NCBI GenBank assembly: GCA_003135635.1
Contig: PLCJ01000002.1
Span: 44,898 to 108,897, forward strand
Direction: 5' to 3'
From: Candidatus Adlerbacteria bacterium
GTDB lineage: Bacteria; Patescibacteriota; Minisyncoccia; Phycocordibacterales; SBAW01
Length of the DNA stretch: 64,000 nt
Positions 48,636-59,128 of the stretch are shown in pieces (positions within the stretch are counted from its first letter, which is position 1; each line of letters starts with the position of its first letter). The translations under genes were made by a program, and so were the position numbers. A model generated the notes under the pieces. That model had not been told where the DNA came from. It saw only the letters and a list, made by a program, of their open reading frames with translations, and did no database searches.

Positions 48636-49526
48636 TTACGAGTCCTGCAAAAATTTCTTTGCATATCTAAGTGCCTCTAATTTATTTTTAATCCACACGA
48701 TCTCAGCATTGCGGCTAAACCAGCGTGTTTGCCTCTTTGCATAGTGCATACTCGCGCGTTCAAGCGCCTCCATACATTCTCTTCGGGTTATGTTTCCTCG
48801 AAGGAGATGAGCAAGTAAGCGATACTCAAACCCCAGCTCTTCCATCCGCCGATAGGAGAGCCCTCGCATATGCAGTTGCTTTGCTTCAGCAACGAGGCTC
48901 TGTTTAAACCGGATAAGGATGCGCTTGTGGATTTTTTTGCGCAGCACTCTTTCATCCGGATTAAGTCCAAGCCAGAGTATCTTGTACTTTTTTTCACTCG
49001 TTGGTTTAGGATTTTTACCTAGCGCTTCAGCAATTTCAAGTGCGCGAATAAGACGACGTTTGTGATGGGGCTCTATGGTTTTCGCGCGCCGCGCATCTTT
49101 ATTTTTGAGAAGTGTGTAGAGCTCTGCGGCACTTTTTTTCTCAAGACGTGCTCGCAGTACATCGTTTGGGGACACATTGGGAAGAACAATTCTTCCCAAT
49201 AGCGCATCAATATATAGTCCCGTACCCCCAACGACAATCGGAACGGCATTCTTCTTTTCAATTATGGCGATAGCGCGTCTTGCGCGCTTGACATAGTCGC
49301 TTACGCTAAATATACGCCTCAACGATGCACCCTGAAGCAGGTGGTGGGGGACTACGCTCTGCTCTTTTTTGCTTATTTTACCGGCCGTAATATTAAATGC
49401 GGTATATACTTGCCGGGAATCTGCAGAAATGATTTCACCCTGAATTTTTTGTGCGAGATATATACCCAGCGCACTTTTGCCCGAAGCATTGGGACCTATG
49501 ATCGCGATAATTTTTGGCTTTTTCAT
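48636..49526 (-). CDS. miaA: tRNA dimethylallyltransferase
   Basis: P-loop GPNASGKS. Start trimmed to the MKKPKIIAI sequence because the ORF-track extension (to 49658) runs through tRNA-Leu(CAA). Confidence 0.85.
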   Translation of the reverse strand: MKKPKIIAIIGPNASGKSALGIYLAQKIQGEIISADSRQVYTAFNITAGKISKKEQSVVPHHLLQGASLRRIFSVSDYVKRARRAIAIIEKKNAVPIVVGGTGLYIDALLGRIVLPNVSPNDVLRARLEKKSAAELYTLLKNKDARRAKTIEPHHKRRLIRALEIAEALGKNPKPTSEKKYKILWLGLNPDERVLRKKIHKRILIRFKQSLVAEAKQLHMRGLSYRRMEELGFEYRLLAHLLRGNITRRECMEALERASMHYAKRQTRWFSRNAEIVWIKNKLEALRYAKKFLQDS

Positions 49527-49536
49527 AGCCCTGTAT

Positions 49537-49619
49537 GGTGCCGGAGGAGGGACTCGAACCCTCACCCCTTGCGGGACGCGATTTTGAGTCGCGCGCGTCT
49601 GCCATTCCGCCACTCCGGC
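49537..49619 (-). tRNA. tRNA-Leu(CAA)
   Basis: Read on the reverse complement: acceptor GCCGGAG/CTCCGGC, anticodon loop CTCAAAA, long variable arm, encoded CCA. Confidence 0.85.
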
Positions 49620-49695
49620 TTTCTTCTTTCCAAGATAGCTCACCCACTGTAATTGCAAAGGGCAATAGCAGTGATTGTTGTGTTAGTATAATCGC

Positions 49696-50640
49696 ATGTC
49701 CGGGTTTTACAATAATGCTATTTTTTGGGTTGAGATAGAAAGAATAAAGCCAAACCCTCTGCAGCCGCGCAAAGAATTTGATGAAGATAAACTGCGCGAT
49801 CTTGCGGGCTCGATTCGCCAATACGGAGTGCTCCAGCCGCTTGTTGTCTCGCGCAATGAAATTCAAAAAGAGGATGGTGGCATTGCAACCGAGTATGAAC
49901 TTATCGCTGGCGAGCGACGTCTGCGCGCATCCAAAATGGCGGGCATTACTCAACTACCAGTCATTATCCGCATGGGATTTGATGATGACAAGACTAAACT
50001 TGAGCTCGCCATTATTGAAAACCTTCAGCGTGAAGACCTCAATCCGATAGATCGTGCTCATGCATTTGACCGACTCGCAAAAGAATTTGGATTCAAACAC
50101 ATTGAGATTGCCGAAAAAATCGGTAAGAGTCGAGAATATGTTTCAAATTCAATCCGTTTATTGCTGATGCCGGGGGATATGCAGGAAGCACTCGCCGCAG
50201 GGAGCATAAGCGAAGGCCATACCCGCCCCATTCTCATGCTTTCAGATCGGCCGGAGGAACAACGCACCCTTTTTCGAGAAATTATACTGAAACGTCTGAC
50301 CGTGCGTGATTCAGAATCAATCGCAAGACGTATAGCATTTGATCGTGTTCGTAAAAAAGAATATCTTTATGCTCCTGAAATCCTTGAGATGGAGCGAGAA
50401 CTCACCGAAGCGCTTGGCACTCGGGTCGCTATAGAACCACGAGAACACGGAGGTAAACTTTCGATTGATTTTATGAACGAGGACGACCTCCGCACTCTTT
50501 TCAATGCACTGCAGACGCGTATTGCCCATCCCTCCCAAGGGAGTGAAGGAGATGAGCGGGAGACTCCTCTTGATGATCGCTCTCAGAATGAAAAAACACT
50601 CGACGAAAATACTTTCGACCCGAGCAACTTTTCTTTATAA
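49696..50640 (+). CDS. parB: ParB/Spo0J-family partition protein
   Basis: ParB N-terminal domain with GVLQPLVV and ELIAGERRLRASKMAG motifs, plus a helix-turn-helix region. Confidence 0.8.
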   Translation: MSGFYNNAIFWVEIERIKPNPLQPRKEFDEDKLRDLAGSIRQYGVLQPLVVSRNEIQKEDGGIATEYELIAGERRLRASKMAGITQLPVIIRMGFDDDKTKLELAIIENLQREDLNPIDRAHAFDRLAKEFGFKHIEIAEKIGKSREYVSNSIRLLLMPGDMQEALAAGSISEGHTRPILMLSDRPEEQRTLFREIILKRLTVRDSESIARRIAFDRVRKKEYLYAPEILEMERELTEALGTRVAIEPREHGGKLSIDFMNEDDLRTLFNALQTRIAHPSQGSEGDERETPLDDRSQNEKTLDENTFDPSNFSL

Positions 50641-52194
50641 TTACTTTGTGTGTTCAAGGGCATTTCTAATGTGTCGGCGTGCCAAAGTGGTTTTGGCGAA
50701 ATCAAGCCATTTCTGCTTCGGTCCAGCAGACTTTTTCGTGATAATTTCAGCGATATCACCATTATGAAGCGCGGTATCAAGCGACACCAACTTGCCGTTA
50801 ACCTTCGCCGCAAAGACGTGATCTCCAATATCAGAATGTATGGCGTAGGCAAAATCAATAGGACTTGATTCCAAAGGCAGATCAACAACATCTCCAGTTG
50901 GTGTGAATACAAAGACCCGGTGAATGAAAATATCGGTTTTAAGTGTCGTCTCGATGTCCGGATCGCTCATCTCATCGCCCAAGTCCGAGAGCCACTCTGG
51001 CGCAGAGGGGGCACCGTAGCGGCTGCGGTTTGAGGAGTGTTTTTTCTCTTCTTTTTTGGAGAGTGAAACTTCTTTTGCATTTCCTCGTCTGAAGCTTGGT
51101 ATCAAGCTTTTAACCCAATCAAAGCTAGACTGTTTTCCCGGGGCTCCATCCTGATCTTTTTCACCGGCATCTTTATACATAACGTGCGCTGCAATACCAT
51201 ACTGGGACTCTTGGTGCATTTCTTCGGTGCGGATCTGCACCTCAACGATGCCCCCATCACCAGAGAAGACAGTGGTGTGTAGGCTCTTGTACCCGTTGGG
51301 CTTCTCAAAAGCAATATAGTCTTTTATTTTATTGGGAAGCGGTTGCCATAACTTATGAACCAGGCCAAGTACACGGTAGCAATCTGCGACGGTAAGTACT
51401 ACCACCCTAATTGCCGCGACATCATGTATTTTTAATATATCGTTTTCTTTACGTTTGAGTTTTTGAGAAAGACTCCATAATCCTTTGACACGAAAATCAG
51501 TGTGAAAATTAGTCATACCACTTTCTGCGAGTTCGCGCTTCAGCATCTTCAGCATCTTCTTGAGTCTTCCGGTAGTCTCATCGGCATGCTCGGAAAGTAG
51601 TTTTTTCGCTGCGGCGTATTCTTGTGGATAGGCATATACAAACGCCAAATCTTCAAGCTCGCGACGAACGGTACCCATACCAAGCCGGTGAGCGATAGCC
51701 GCATATATTTCAATGGTTTCAAGAGCGATGCGCTGCCTCTTCTCGGGAGCGACAAACTGCAAGGTACGCACATTATGAAGACGATCCATGAGTTTAATGA
51801 TGAGTACCCGAGCATCTTTTCCTGTCGCAACAAGGAGTTTCCGGAGACTTTCTCGATGACGCTCCACGCCTCGATATTTAAGATGCCCGAGTTTTGTTAC
51901 CCCTTCAACAAGAAACCGAATTTCTTTTCCAAACTCTTTTTCTATATCCTCTGGGCTTACGCTGGTGTCTTCTATCGAGTCATGCAAAAGTCCCGCCGCA
52001 ATGGTCTTGGCACTCATATCGATCTCTGCCAGACTTTTTGCGGTTGCAACCAGATGAGTGAGGTAGGGCTCTCCAGAGAGGCGTTTATGATCTTTGTGGG
52101 CCTGTGCTGCAAAGGCATACGCTTTTTCAATAAGAGCGATATCCTCAGGCGTAGGCGCACCTTTCAAGGCAATAATCTCCTTAACCTCTGACAT
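50641..52194 (-). CDS. rel: bifunctional (p)ppGpp synthetase/hydrolase (RelA/SpoT family)
   Basis: HD hydrolase domain (HDSIEDT), RelA/SpoT synthetase domain, and a C-terminal TGS domain. Confidence 0.85.
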   Translation of the reverse strand: MSEVKEIIALKGAPTPEDIALIEKAYAFAAQAHKDHKRLSGEPYLTHLVATAKSLAEIDMSAKTIAAGLLHDSIEDTSVSPEDIEKEFGKEIRFLVEGVTKLGHLKYRGVERHRESLRKLLVATGKDARVLIIKLMDRLHNVRTLQFVAPEKRQRIALETIEIYAAIAHRLGMGTVRRELEDLAFVYAYPQEYAAAKKLLSEHADETTGRLKKMLKMLKRELAESGMTNFHTDFRVKGLWSLSQKLKRKENDILKIHDVAAIRVVVLTVADCYRVLGLVHKLWQPLPNKIKDYIAFEKPNGYKSLHTTVFSGDGGIVEVQIRTEEMHQESQYGIAAHVMYKDAGEKDQDGAPGKQSSFDWVKSLIPSFRRGNAKEVSLSKKEEKKHSSNRSRYGAPSAPEWLSDLGDEMSDPDIETTLKTDIFIHRVFVFTPTGDVVDLPLESSPIDFAYAIHSDIGDHVFAAKVNGKLVSLDTALHNGDIAEIITKKSAGPKQKWLDFAKTTLARRHIRNALEHTK

Positions 52195-52226
52195 ACAACG
52201 AGTGTACTCCGCTGGTCTCCTGCGGT

Positions 52227-54434
52227 CTACTTCTTTAATATGCGCGCTTTGCGGAGTGCAAACCCGCGCTTTTTCTTTTTTTCTTTGAGGATTTCAAGAG
52301 CGCGCGCAAGATCAATGGTATACACATCATCCACTTTAAGTGATCGAAAATCTCCGTCATGCATCACATACGGACCGAAGCGCCCGACATTGGCGAAGAT
52401 GGGCTTTCCGCTCTCTGGATGCATGCCGAGCTCTCGCGGAAGGCAAAGATAGGTGAGTGCATCTTGAAGCGTTACACTCTCGGGCTCTTTTCCTTTGGGA
52501 AGGCTTGCACGTTTGGGCTTATCTTTTTTCCCCTTTACCATTTCTCCGAGTTGCACGTATGGACCAAAACGACCGCTCAGCAGATATACCGCCTTACCGC
52601 TCTCGGGATCTACTCCAAGCGGTGGCGGTGGTTCGTTTGATATCACTGCACCACTCTCTGTGCGTGCGCCCGTGCATTCAGGAAATCGAGCGCAGCTCAT
52701 AAACTTTCCTTGTCGGGAAAGTTTGTACACCATAGGGGAATCACACACAGGACACAGGAACTCTGCAGAGACTGGTCCTAGATTTGTGAGCTTACCGGCG
52801 CTTTTATCTTTTTCTTGTACTTCTTTTTGAAATGGTGTATAAAAATCACTCAGCGTTTTTACATACTGTCGTTTCCCCTCAGCAATTTCATCAAGCTCAT
52901 CTTCCATCTCAGCCGTGAAGGTGTCGCTGATATAGCCGGGAAAATTTTCTTCAAGAAAAGTTGACACAACATCACCTGTATCAGTAGGAACAAGAGAGCG
53001 TCCGTCCTTCAGTACATACCCGCGATCGCTGAGCGTTTTCATAATGGATGCATACGTCGAGGGACGACCGATACCGCGTTTTTCAAGCTCTTTAATAAGA
53101 CCAGCTTCAGAGTAGCGTGCGGGCGGTTGGGTCTGTTTGGCCTCTTCGTGTATAGCAAGAAGGGTGAGCGGGTCTCCCGCAGTAACTTTTGGCACCTCCA
53201 TGTCTTGCCCACGAGCCTCCGGATCAGCAAGGAGCCACCCAGGGGAGAGAATACGCGAGCCGTTTAGAGAGAAATCAGGGATACTCTTATCCTTGATATT
53301 CGTGATGACCTTCGTGCGTAGCAGTTTTGCGTCAGCCATTTGCGAGGCAATAGCACGGCTCCAGATAAGAGAGTAGAGCCTCTTTTGCTCATCTGTAGTG
53401 CCTGCCTTCAAGCGGCTTGCGTGGGTGGGGCGGATTGCCTCATGGGCCTCTTGTGCGTTTTTGCTCTTTGTTTTGTATATCTGGAGGCGGTAGCTTGCCA
53501 CACCGAACTTCTCTGCAACGACTTTTTTAATATCTTCTTGCGCCAAAGTACTCAGGTTCGTCGAATCGGTGCGCATGTAGGTGATGAGCCCTGCTTCATA
53601 GAGTCGTTGGGCGACGGCCATAGTGCGCGATGGCGAAAACCCAAGGCGAGAACTTGCTGCCTGTTGGAGGGTTGAGGTAGTAAGGGGCGCATAGGGGCGT
53701 CGTAAAACTTCGGTTTCCTTTACCTCGACCACCACCCACTGCCCGTGGGAAGCTCGAGAGAGAATGTCTTCAACTATTTTAAGATCGCGCGGCTCTTCTT
53801 CGCACGTGACACTAAATTCTATGTCGCGGGCGTTTTTAACTTCGGCGGTAATGACCCAGTATTGCTCCGAGGCAAATGCACGAATCTCCCGCTCCCGCTC
53901 CATAATGATGCGCAGTGCCGGAGATTGCACTCGACCGGCAGAAAGGCCGTAGCGCACTTTCTTCCACACGAGGCCGGAGAGGTCATAGCCTACAAGCCGA
54001 TCAAGCACACGCCTTGCTTCTTGGGCGAGCCGCAAGTTTTCATCAATGGGCCGCGGATGGGCCAGTGCTTCGGCTATCGCTTCTTGCGTTATCTCATGAA
54101 AAACGATGCGCTCCGGTTTCTTTAGTTTGAGCTCTTCCCCGATATGCCAAGCGATCGCTTCTCCTTCACGGTCAGGGTCGGTTGCAAGAATCACTTCCTC
54201 TGCCTTGCGTGCAAGGGCGCGCAGCGCAGTGATTATCTCCTGTTTGTGCGGCAGGACTTCATAGTGGGGAATGAAGCCTCCAGGAATATCGATTGCCTTC
54301 TTATTGCTTTTCGGCAAGTCGCGTATGTGTCCCACAGAAGCACGGACTACAAAATCTCCCGAAGGGTCTATGTTCTTGAGATATTTCTCAATTGTTTTCG
54401 CTTTTGCGGGCGACTCGACGATGATGAGTTTCAT
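52227..54434 (-). CDS. topA: DNA topoisomerase I
   Basis: Toprim N-terminus MKLIIVESPAKAKTIEKYL, the topo IA core, and C-terminal zinc-ribbon-like repeats. Confidence 0.95.
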   Translation of the reverse strand: MKLIIVESPAKAKTIEKYLKNIDPSGDFVVRASVGHIRDLPKSNKKAIDIPGGFIPHYEVLPHKQEIITALRALARKAEEVILATDPDREGEAIAWHIGEELKLKKPERIVFHEITQEAIAEALAHPRPIDENLRLAQEARRVLDRLVGYDLSGLVWKKVRYGLSAGRVQSPALRIIMEREREIRAFASEQYWVITAEVKNARDIEFSVTCEEEPRDLKIVEDILSRASHGQWVVVEVKETEVLRRPYAPLTTSTLQQAASSRLGFSPSRTMAVAQRLYEAGLITYMRTDSTNLSTLAQEDIKKVVAEKFGVASYRLQIYKTKSKNAQEAHEAIRPTHASRLKAGTTDEQKRLYSLIWSRAIASQMADAKLLRTKVITNIKDKSIPDFSLNGSRILSPGWLLADPEARGQDMEVPKVTAGDPLTLLAIHEEAKQTQPPARYSEAGLIKELEKRGIGRPSTYASIMKTLSDRGYVLKDGRSLVPTDTGDVVSTFLEENFPGYISDTFTAEMEDELDEIAEGKRQYVKTLSDFYTPFQKEVQEKDKSAGKLTNLGPVSAEFLCPVCDSPMVYKLSRQGKFMSCARFPECTGARTESGAVISNEPPPPLGVDPESGKAVYLLSGRFGPYVQLGEMVKGKKDKPKRASLPKGKEPESVTLQDALTYLCLPRELGMHPESGKPIFANVGRFGPYVMHDGDFRSLKVDDVYTIDLARALEILKEKKKKRGFALRKARILKK

Positions 54435-54533
54435 ATAGGCGGTGTATCAATTCATACAATGGATTGGTAAAGAGTGCAAAACATCTCGCGCAGAGCTTTT
54501 CGAGATAGTTGATCTGCGGTATGCTTCTTGTGC

Positions 54534-55820
54534 ATGCTTGATATTACTTTTATTCGTCAAAATCCCGATATCGTTCGCGCTGCCATAAAAAATAAACATT
54601 GCGCGAATGTTGATCTTGATCGCATCCTTTCTCTTGCCGAGGAGCGTAAAGTACTCGCTGGAAACATAGGGGAAATAAATCATAAGCGCAATGAAGCGGC
54701 AGCGGCGCGCAGTGCAGAAAGCGGTAAGGCTTTGAAGGAAGAACTCAAGGGGATGGAAGAGAAATATCAAACCCTTGAAAAAGAGTTGGTATCGCTTCTC
54801 ATTAAAGTGCCTAATATTCCCTCTGCCGATACTCCTATCGGAGCGGATGAGTCAGGAAACGTGGTTTTACGGGAATGGGGGGAGCGGCCGAGTTTTTCTT
54901 TTACTCCCAAAGCGCACTGGGACATCGGCCCTGAGCTCGGCATTATCGACAATGAAAAAGCGGCAGAAGTCTCGGGCGCACGCTTTACGTATCTCAAGGG
55001 TGATCTTGTCCGTATGCAGTTTGCGTTGCTGCAGCTCGTGCTGCGGGTACTTTCCTCGCGTGAAGAGTTACAAGGAATACTGAAAAAAGCCGGACTTTCG
55101 CTTAATCCAAGGCCGTTTACTCCAGTGCTCCCGCCCCTCATGATGCGATCGCAGGTGATGAATAGAATGGCGCGGCTGGATCCAATAGAAGATCGCTACT
55201 ATCTTGAGAAAGATGATTTGGTATTGATAGGGAGCGCCGAGCACACCGTGGGACCTATACACATGGACGAAGTGATTGCGGAGGAGCAACTGCCGCTGCG
55301 CTATGTTGCCTACTCCTCAGCATTTCGCAGGGAAGCAGGAGCTGCAGGAAAGGATACCCGAGGAATTTTCCGCTTGCATCAGTTTGATAAAATTGAAATG
55401 GAGACATTCATAGTGCCGGAGGATGGTATGGCGGAGCAGGAATTTCTGGTAGCTATCCAAGAGCACCTCATGCGCTTACTTAATATTTCCCATCGGGTAG
55501 TGCTTATCTGCACCGGCGACATGGGTTTTCCCGATCAACGGCAAATAGACATAGAATCTTGGATGCCGGGGCAAGATACGTACCGAGAGACCCACAGCGC
55601 TGATTATGTGGGAGGGTTTCAAGCGCGTCGCTTACACACGAAAGTAAAACGCAAAAGTGGTGAATCAGAATCAGTGCATATGAATGATGCAACTGCCTTT
55701 GCGATGGGTAGAACACTCATTGCAATTCTTGAAAACTATCAGCAGGAAGACGGCACGGTTACGGTTCCAGAGGTACTTCGTGCATACGTCGGGAAAGATA
55801 CGATCACAAAATCTGAGTAG
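54534..55820 (+). CDS. serS: serine--tRNA ligase
   Basis: N-terminal coiled-coil arm and a class II core. The ORF track starts at TTG 54528; the first ATG gives MLDITFIRQNP. Confidence 0.9.
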   Translation: MLDITFIRQNPDIVRAAIKNKHCANVDLDRILSLAEERKVLAGNIGEINHKRNEAAAARSAESGKALKEELKGMEEKYQTLEKELVSLLIKVPNIPSADTPIGADESGNVVLREWGERPSFSFTPKAHWDIGPELGIIDNEKAAEVSGARFTYLKGDLVRMQFALLQLVLRVLSSREELQGILKKAGLSLNPRPFTPVLPPLMMRSQVMNRMARLDPIEDRYYLEKDDLVLIGSAEHTVGPIHMDEVIAEEQLPLRYVAYSSAFRREAGAAGKDTRGIFRLHQFDKIEMETFIVPEDGMAEQEFLVAIQEHLMRLLNISHRVVLICTGDMGFPDQRQIDIESWMPGQDTYRETHSADYVGGFQARRLHTKVKRKSGESESVHMNDATAFAMGRTLIAILENYQQEDGTVTVPEVLRAYVGKDTITKSE

Positions 55821-55860
55821 TCTTCCGAGCGTCACTATTTTTGCTTGTATGATGTAGAGC

Positions 55861-56688
55861 ATGGCCTCTCGGGTAGTGTTTCCTCAATCACGGATACAGG
55901 AGCAACGTCGCAAGCGTCGTGCATGGATGACCGGTGGCTATATGCTACTCAGTATATGTTTTGTCGGAGGCCTTATCGCCCTGTCCTGGATTCCTCAGTG
56001 GCGCGTGAGCATAGTTGAGGTCACGGGCACACAAATAATTGCTACCTCAAGCGTTGTGGGGTACGTGCAAAATGAGCTTGTTGGTAGGGATATCTATCTC
56101 TTTCCCAAAAATAATGTCCTCTGGTACCCCAAGCAAGAGATTATAGCGTCGCTTCCCGTAGAGTTCCCGATGCTTCAATCGGCCTCCATAGAACTCCAAA
56201 ATCTTCATACCATTGTAGTACACGTCTCTGAACGCAGCGCGCAGGCGCTGTGGTGCGGAGAGCAAATGGCCACGGGGACCCCTTGCTATCTCCTTGATGG
56301 CAGCGGCCTTCTGTATACGCTCGCGGCCAATTACTCTTCAAACGTCTATATTGACTACTACGGGCCGGCTGCCCAAAGCGTGCTGCCACGGCAGTATCTA
56401 GAACCCGCACAGTTTGAATCGCTGAGTGCGCTCGTGGCGGCGTTTGGAGAAAAAGAAGCAACAGATTCCATTCAAAGTGTCTCAGTTGATGCCACGGGGA
56501 ATACACAAGTGGTTTTTGCAAGTGGTTTTGTGCTTATGTTTACGCTTAGCCAAAATCCGAGTGATCTTCTTAATCGATTTTCTCTTGCACTCACCACAGC
56601 TCTCTTTACCGCGCATCCGCTTTCCAATTTTTCCTATCTTGATATGCGCTTCGGGGACAAACTGTACTACAAACTCAAAGGGCAGTAG
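55861..56688 (+). CDS. ftsQ: FtsQ/DivIB-like cell division protein (POTRA domain)
   Basis: N-terminal TM helix followed by a POTRA-like VSIVEVTGTQ region. Confidence 0.55.
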   Translation: MASRVVFPQSRIQEQRRKRRAWMTGGYMLLSICFVGGLIALSWIPQWRVSIVEVTGTQIIATSSVVGYVQNELVGRDIYLFPKNNVLWYPKQEIIASLPVEFPMLQSASIELQNLHTIVVHVSERSAQALWCGEQMATGTPCYLLDGSGLLYTLAANYSSNVYIDYYGPAAQSVLPRQYLEPAQFESLSALVAAFGEKEATDSIQSVSVDATGNTQVVFASGFVLMFTLSQNPSDLLNRFSLALTTALFTAHPLSNFSYLDMRFGDKLYYKLKGQ

Positions 56689-56698
56689 AGTGCTGATT

Positions 56699-57670
56699 AT
56701 GCAAGGATTTTGGGCAACTCTGCCGCGTCCTTTTTTTGTGTTGGCACCTCTTGCCAATGTCACTGACGTCGCATTTCGTCGCCTTATCGCCACTTATTCA
56801 AAACCTTACGGGCCCGATGTCATGTATACAGAATTCGTATCGGCGGACGGACTGATACGCGGCAATCGCGAGGTCCTTATACGTGACTTAGCATTTTCCC
56901 CCAGTGAGCGTCCTATTGTCGCGCAATTTTTTACCAGTAGTCCCGAGGCGATGGAGGAAGTTGCAACGCTTGCCTCTGAGCTCGGCTTTGATGGAGTTGA
57001 TATTAATATGGGCTGCCCTGACCGAGCAGTTGAAAAGCAAGGCGCGGGCGCAGCACTCATGAAAGACCCAAAGCTCGCCTGTGCGCTCATTGAAGCGGCA
57101 CAACGCGGGGCAGGCGAGCTTCCCGTCTCCCTTAAAACTCGCCTTGGCTACAACACGGATATGCTTGAGAGCTGGCTTCCCGCGCTTTTTTCTTGTCGGC
57201 CTGCTGCCATTGTGCTTCATGCCCGTACCCGCAAGGACCTGTCGAGCGTACCGGCTCGGTGGGAGAGAATACGCCAAGCGGTTGAGATTCGAGATGGGAT
57301 GGGATCGCAGACCTTACTCATAGGCAATGGAGATGTTTCGGGTATGGAAGACGCGCGGCAAAAAGCAGCTGAGACAGGTGTCGACGGGGTCATGCTTGGT
57401 CGGGCTATTTTTGGCCGACCGTGGCTTTTTGACGAGGGAAAGCAGCCGGACTTACAAGAGCGCCTGAGAATTGCTTGTGAGCACGCAGCCTTGTTTGAGG
57501 AATTACTGGGGGATATCAAAAGCTTTGCCATTATGAAGAAACATTTCAAAGCCTATGTTGAAGGTTTTCCAGGAGCCAAAGAGCTGCGCGCTACTCTTAT
57601 GGAGACAAAAAATGCCAGCGAAGTCAGGGAGGTGATAGAAACTTTTTTGGGCGGTATACTCAAGGAGTGA
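56699..57670 (+). CDS. dus: tRNA-dihydrouridine synthase
   Basis: LAPLANVTDVAFRRL FMN-binding TIM-barrel start and Dus-family motifs. Start taken at the internal ATG of ORF 56426..57670. Confidence 0.85.
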   Translation: MQGFWATLPRPFFVLAPLANVTDVAFRRLIATYSKPYGPDVMYTEFVSADGLIRGNREVLIRDLAFSPSERPIVAQFFTSSPEAMEEVATLASELGFDGVDINMGCPDRAVEKQGAGAALMKDPKLACALIEAAQRGAGELPVSLKTRLGYNTDMLESWLPALFSCRPAAIVLHARTRKDLSSVPARWERIRQAVEIRDGMGSQTLLIGNGDVSGMEDARQKAAETGVDGVMLGRAIFGRPWLFDEGKQPDLQERLRIACEHAALFEELLGDIKSFAIMKKHFKAYVEGFPGAKELRATLMETKNASEVREVIETFLGGILKE

Positions 57671-58722
57671 CAAAAAAAGATGAGCGCGCCCCTCAAGCGC
57701 TGTACCGAAAATATCGCCCCACCACCTTTGATGAAGTTCGCGGACAAGATGAAGTGGTAGCGGTGCTGCGCGCGGCTGTAGCTAAGGGTGTCATCGGACA
57801 CGCTTATCTCTTTGCGGGGAGCCGCGGCACGGGTAAAACGTCGATGGCGCGGATTTTGGCGCATGCACTTAATGTCAGCGAAAAGGATCTGTATGAAATT
57901 GACGCGGCGAGCAATAGGCAGGTTGATGACGCGCGGCAACTGCGCGAAGGAGTGGCGACGCTGCCCTTTGAGTCAATGTATAAGTTCTATATTCTCGATG
58001 AGGTGCATATGCTCACAAAAGAGGCGTTCAACACGCTTCTTAAAACGATCGAGGAGCCACCCAAGCACGTGATTTTTGTTCTTGCGACCACGGAGCTTGA
58101 AAAAGTACCCGAAACGATTCAATCACGCTGTCAGGTATTTCAATTCAAAAAACCTTCTCGAGAGGCGCTCAAGGAGCTAGTGCTTGATGTGGCAAAAAAA
58201 GAAAAAGCTTCTCTTTCGCCTACCGGTGCGCAGCTCATCGCGCTCATGGGAGATGGTTCTTTTCGTGATGCGCTTTCAATTTTGCAAAAAGTTCTTACGC
58301 TTTCAAGTGATACAAAGCTAATGGAAGAAGAAGTTGCTAAAGTCGTTGGTGCGCCTCCAGGAAGCGTCGTCAATGATTTTCTCACCGCATTTGCGGAGAA
58401 ACGTATTGGAGCGGCACTTGAGGTGTTCCACAGCGGACTTGCCGGGGGCGTTGATCCGCGGGTCTTTACTTTATTGGTTGTAGAAAAAGTGCGCGCGGTA
58501 CTTCTTTTGCGGTTTGCTCCAGAGCTTAAAAAAGAGCTTCATGAGCAATTTGGCGAGGATGATTTTGTATTTCTTACTACCCTCGCGGGCAAGAAGGGGA
58601 GTACAATACATGCGGCTCTGTTGGCTGAACTTATTACTGCGCTTATTGAAATGAATCGGGCGCCCGTGCCCCAAATACCTTTGGAGCTTGCTCTGTACCG
58701 TACGATGGAGCAGGATAAATAA
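57667..58722 (+). CDS. dnaX: DNA polymerase III subunit gamma/tau, short form
   Basis: YRPTTFDEVRGQ, Walker A GSRGTGKTS and the clamp-loader AAA+ module. Only 351 aa. Confidence 0.8.
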   Translation: MTKKDERAPQALYRKYRPTTFDEVRGQDEVVAVLRAAVAKGVIGHAYLFAGSRGTGKTSMARILAHALNVSEKDLYEIDAASNRQVDDARQLREGVATLPFESMYKFYILDEVHMLTKEAFNTLLKTIEEPPKHVIFVLATTELEKVPETIQSRCQVFQFKKPSREALKELVLDVAKKEKASLSPTGAQLIALMGDGSFRDALSILQKVLTLSSDTKLMEEEVAKVVGAPPGSVVNDFLTAFAEKRIGAALEVFHSGLAGGVDPRVFTLLVVEKVRAVLLLRFAPELKKELHEQFGEDDFVFLTTLAGKKGSTIHAALLAELITALIEMNRAPVPQIPLELALYRTMEQDK

Positions 58723-58725
58723 TAT

Positions 58726-58799
58726 TGGGAGATCGTCTAACGGTAGGACAGCGGCCTTTGGAGCCGTGAATCTAGGTTCGATTCCTAGTCTCCCAGCCA
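58726..58799 (+). tRNA. tRNA-Gln(TTG)
   Basis: U1-A72 acceptor TGGGAGA/TCTCCCA (typical of bacterial tRNA-Gln), anticodon loop CTTTGGA, T-arm CTAGGTTCGATTCCTAG, encoded CCA. Confidence 0.85.
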
Positions 58800-58830
58800 G
58801 TATGAGATAGGTTCGGACTCCGATAGGAGT
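58793..58830 (+). repeat. cassette-boundary repeat copy 0 (tRNA-Gln 3' end plus 30-nt flank: CCAGCCAGTATGAGATAGGTTCGGACTCCGATAGGAG)
   Basis: 32 of 34 positions identical to 59701-59738; a related copy lies at 60351-60382. Confidence 0.8.
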
Positions 58831-58841
58831 AATATATTTAT

Positions 58842-59060
58842 ATGGGCAAGACTACAAAAATTGTCATAGGCGTAATCGTTGCAGTTGCCGTTATTGTGGC
58901 TGGCTATGTGTTCCTAAGTGCCCACAACAACGATGCAAATCAAAATACCAGTAGCAACGCAAACCAAGGCATCATAATAGGAGGCAATCCGTATGACCAA
59001 ACGCATTTACAGCGCACCCTGAATTCCGGAGGAACACCTGGGGACGGTGGCGGAGGGTAA
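58842..59060 (+). CDS. hypothetical small membrane peptide with Gly-rich C-terminus
   Basis: 72 aa, one TM helix. First cassette ORF after tRNA-Gln. Confidence 0.4.
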   Translation: MGKTTKIVIGVIVAVAVIVAGYVFLSAHNNDANQNTSSNANQGIIIGGNPYDQTHLQRTLNSGGTPGDGGGG

Positions 59061-59128
59061 TCTTAGTGAATCCTAGGTTTTAGTAAATCGCCAGATGCCG
59101 CAGATCATGCCGAACCTTTTGCTATAAT

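Noticed and set aside
49527-49658. N-terminal extension of miaA in the ORF track
   Set aside because: The extension overlaps tRNA-Leu(CAA) (49537..49619). The P-loop start MKKPKIIAIIGPNASGKS begins at 49526.
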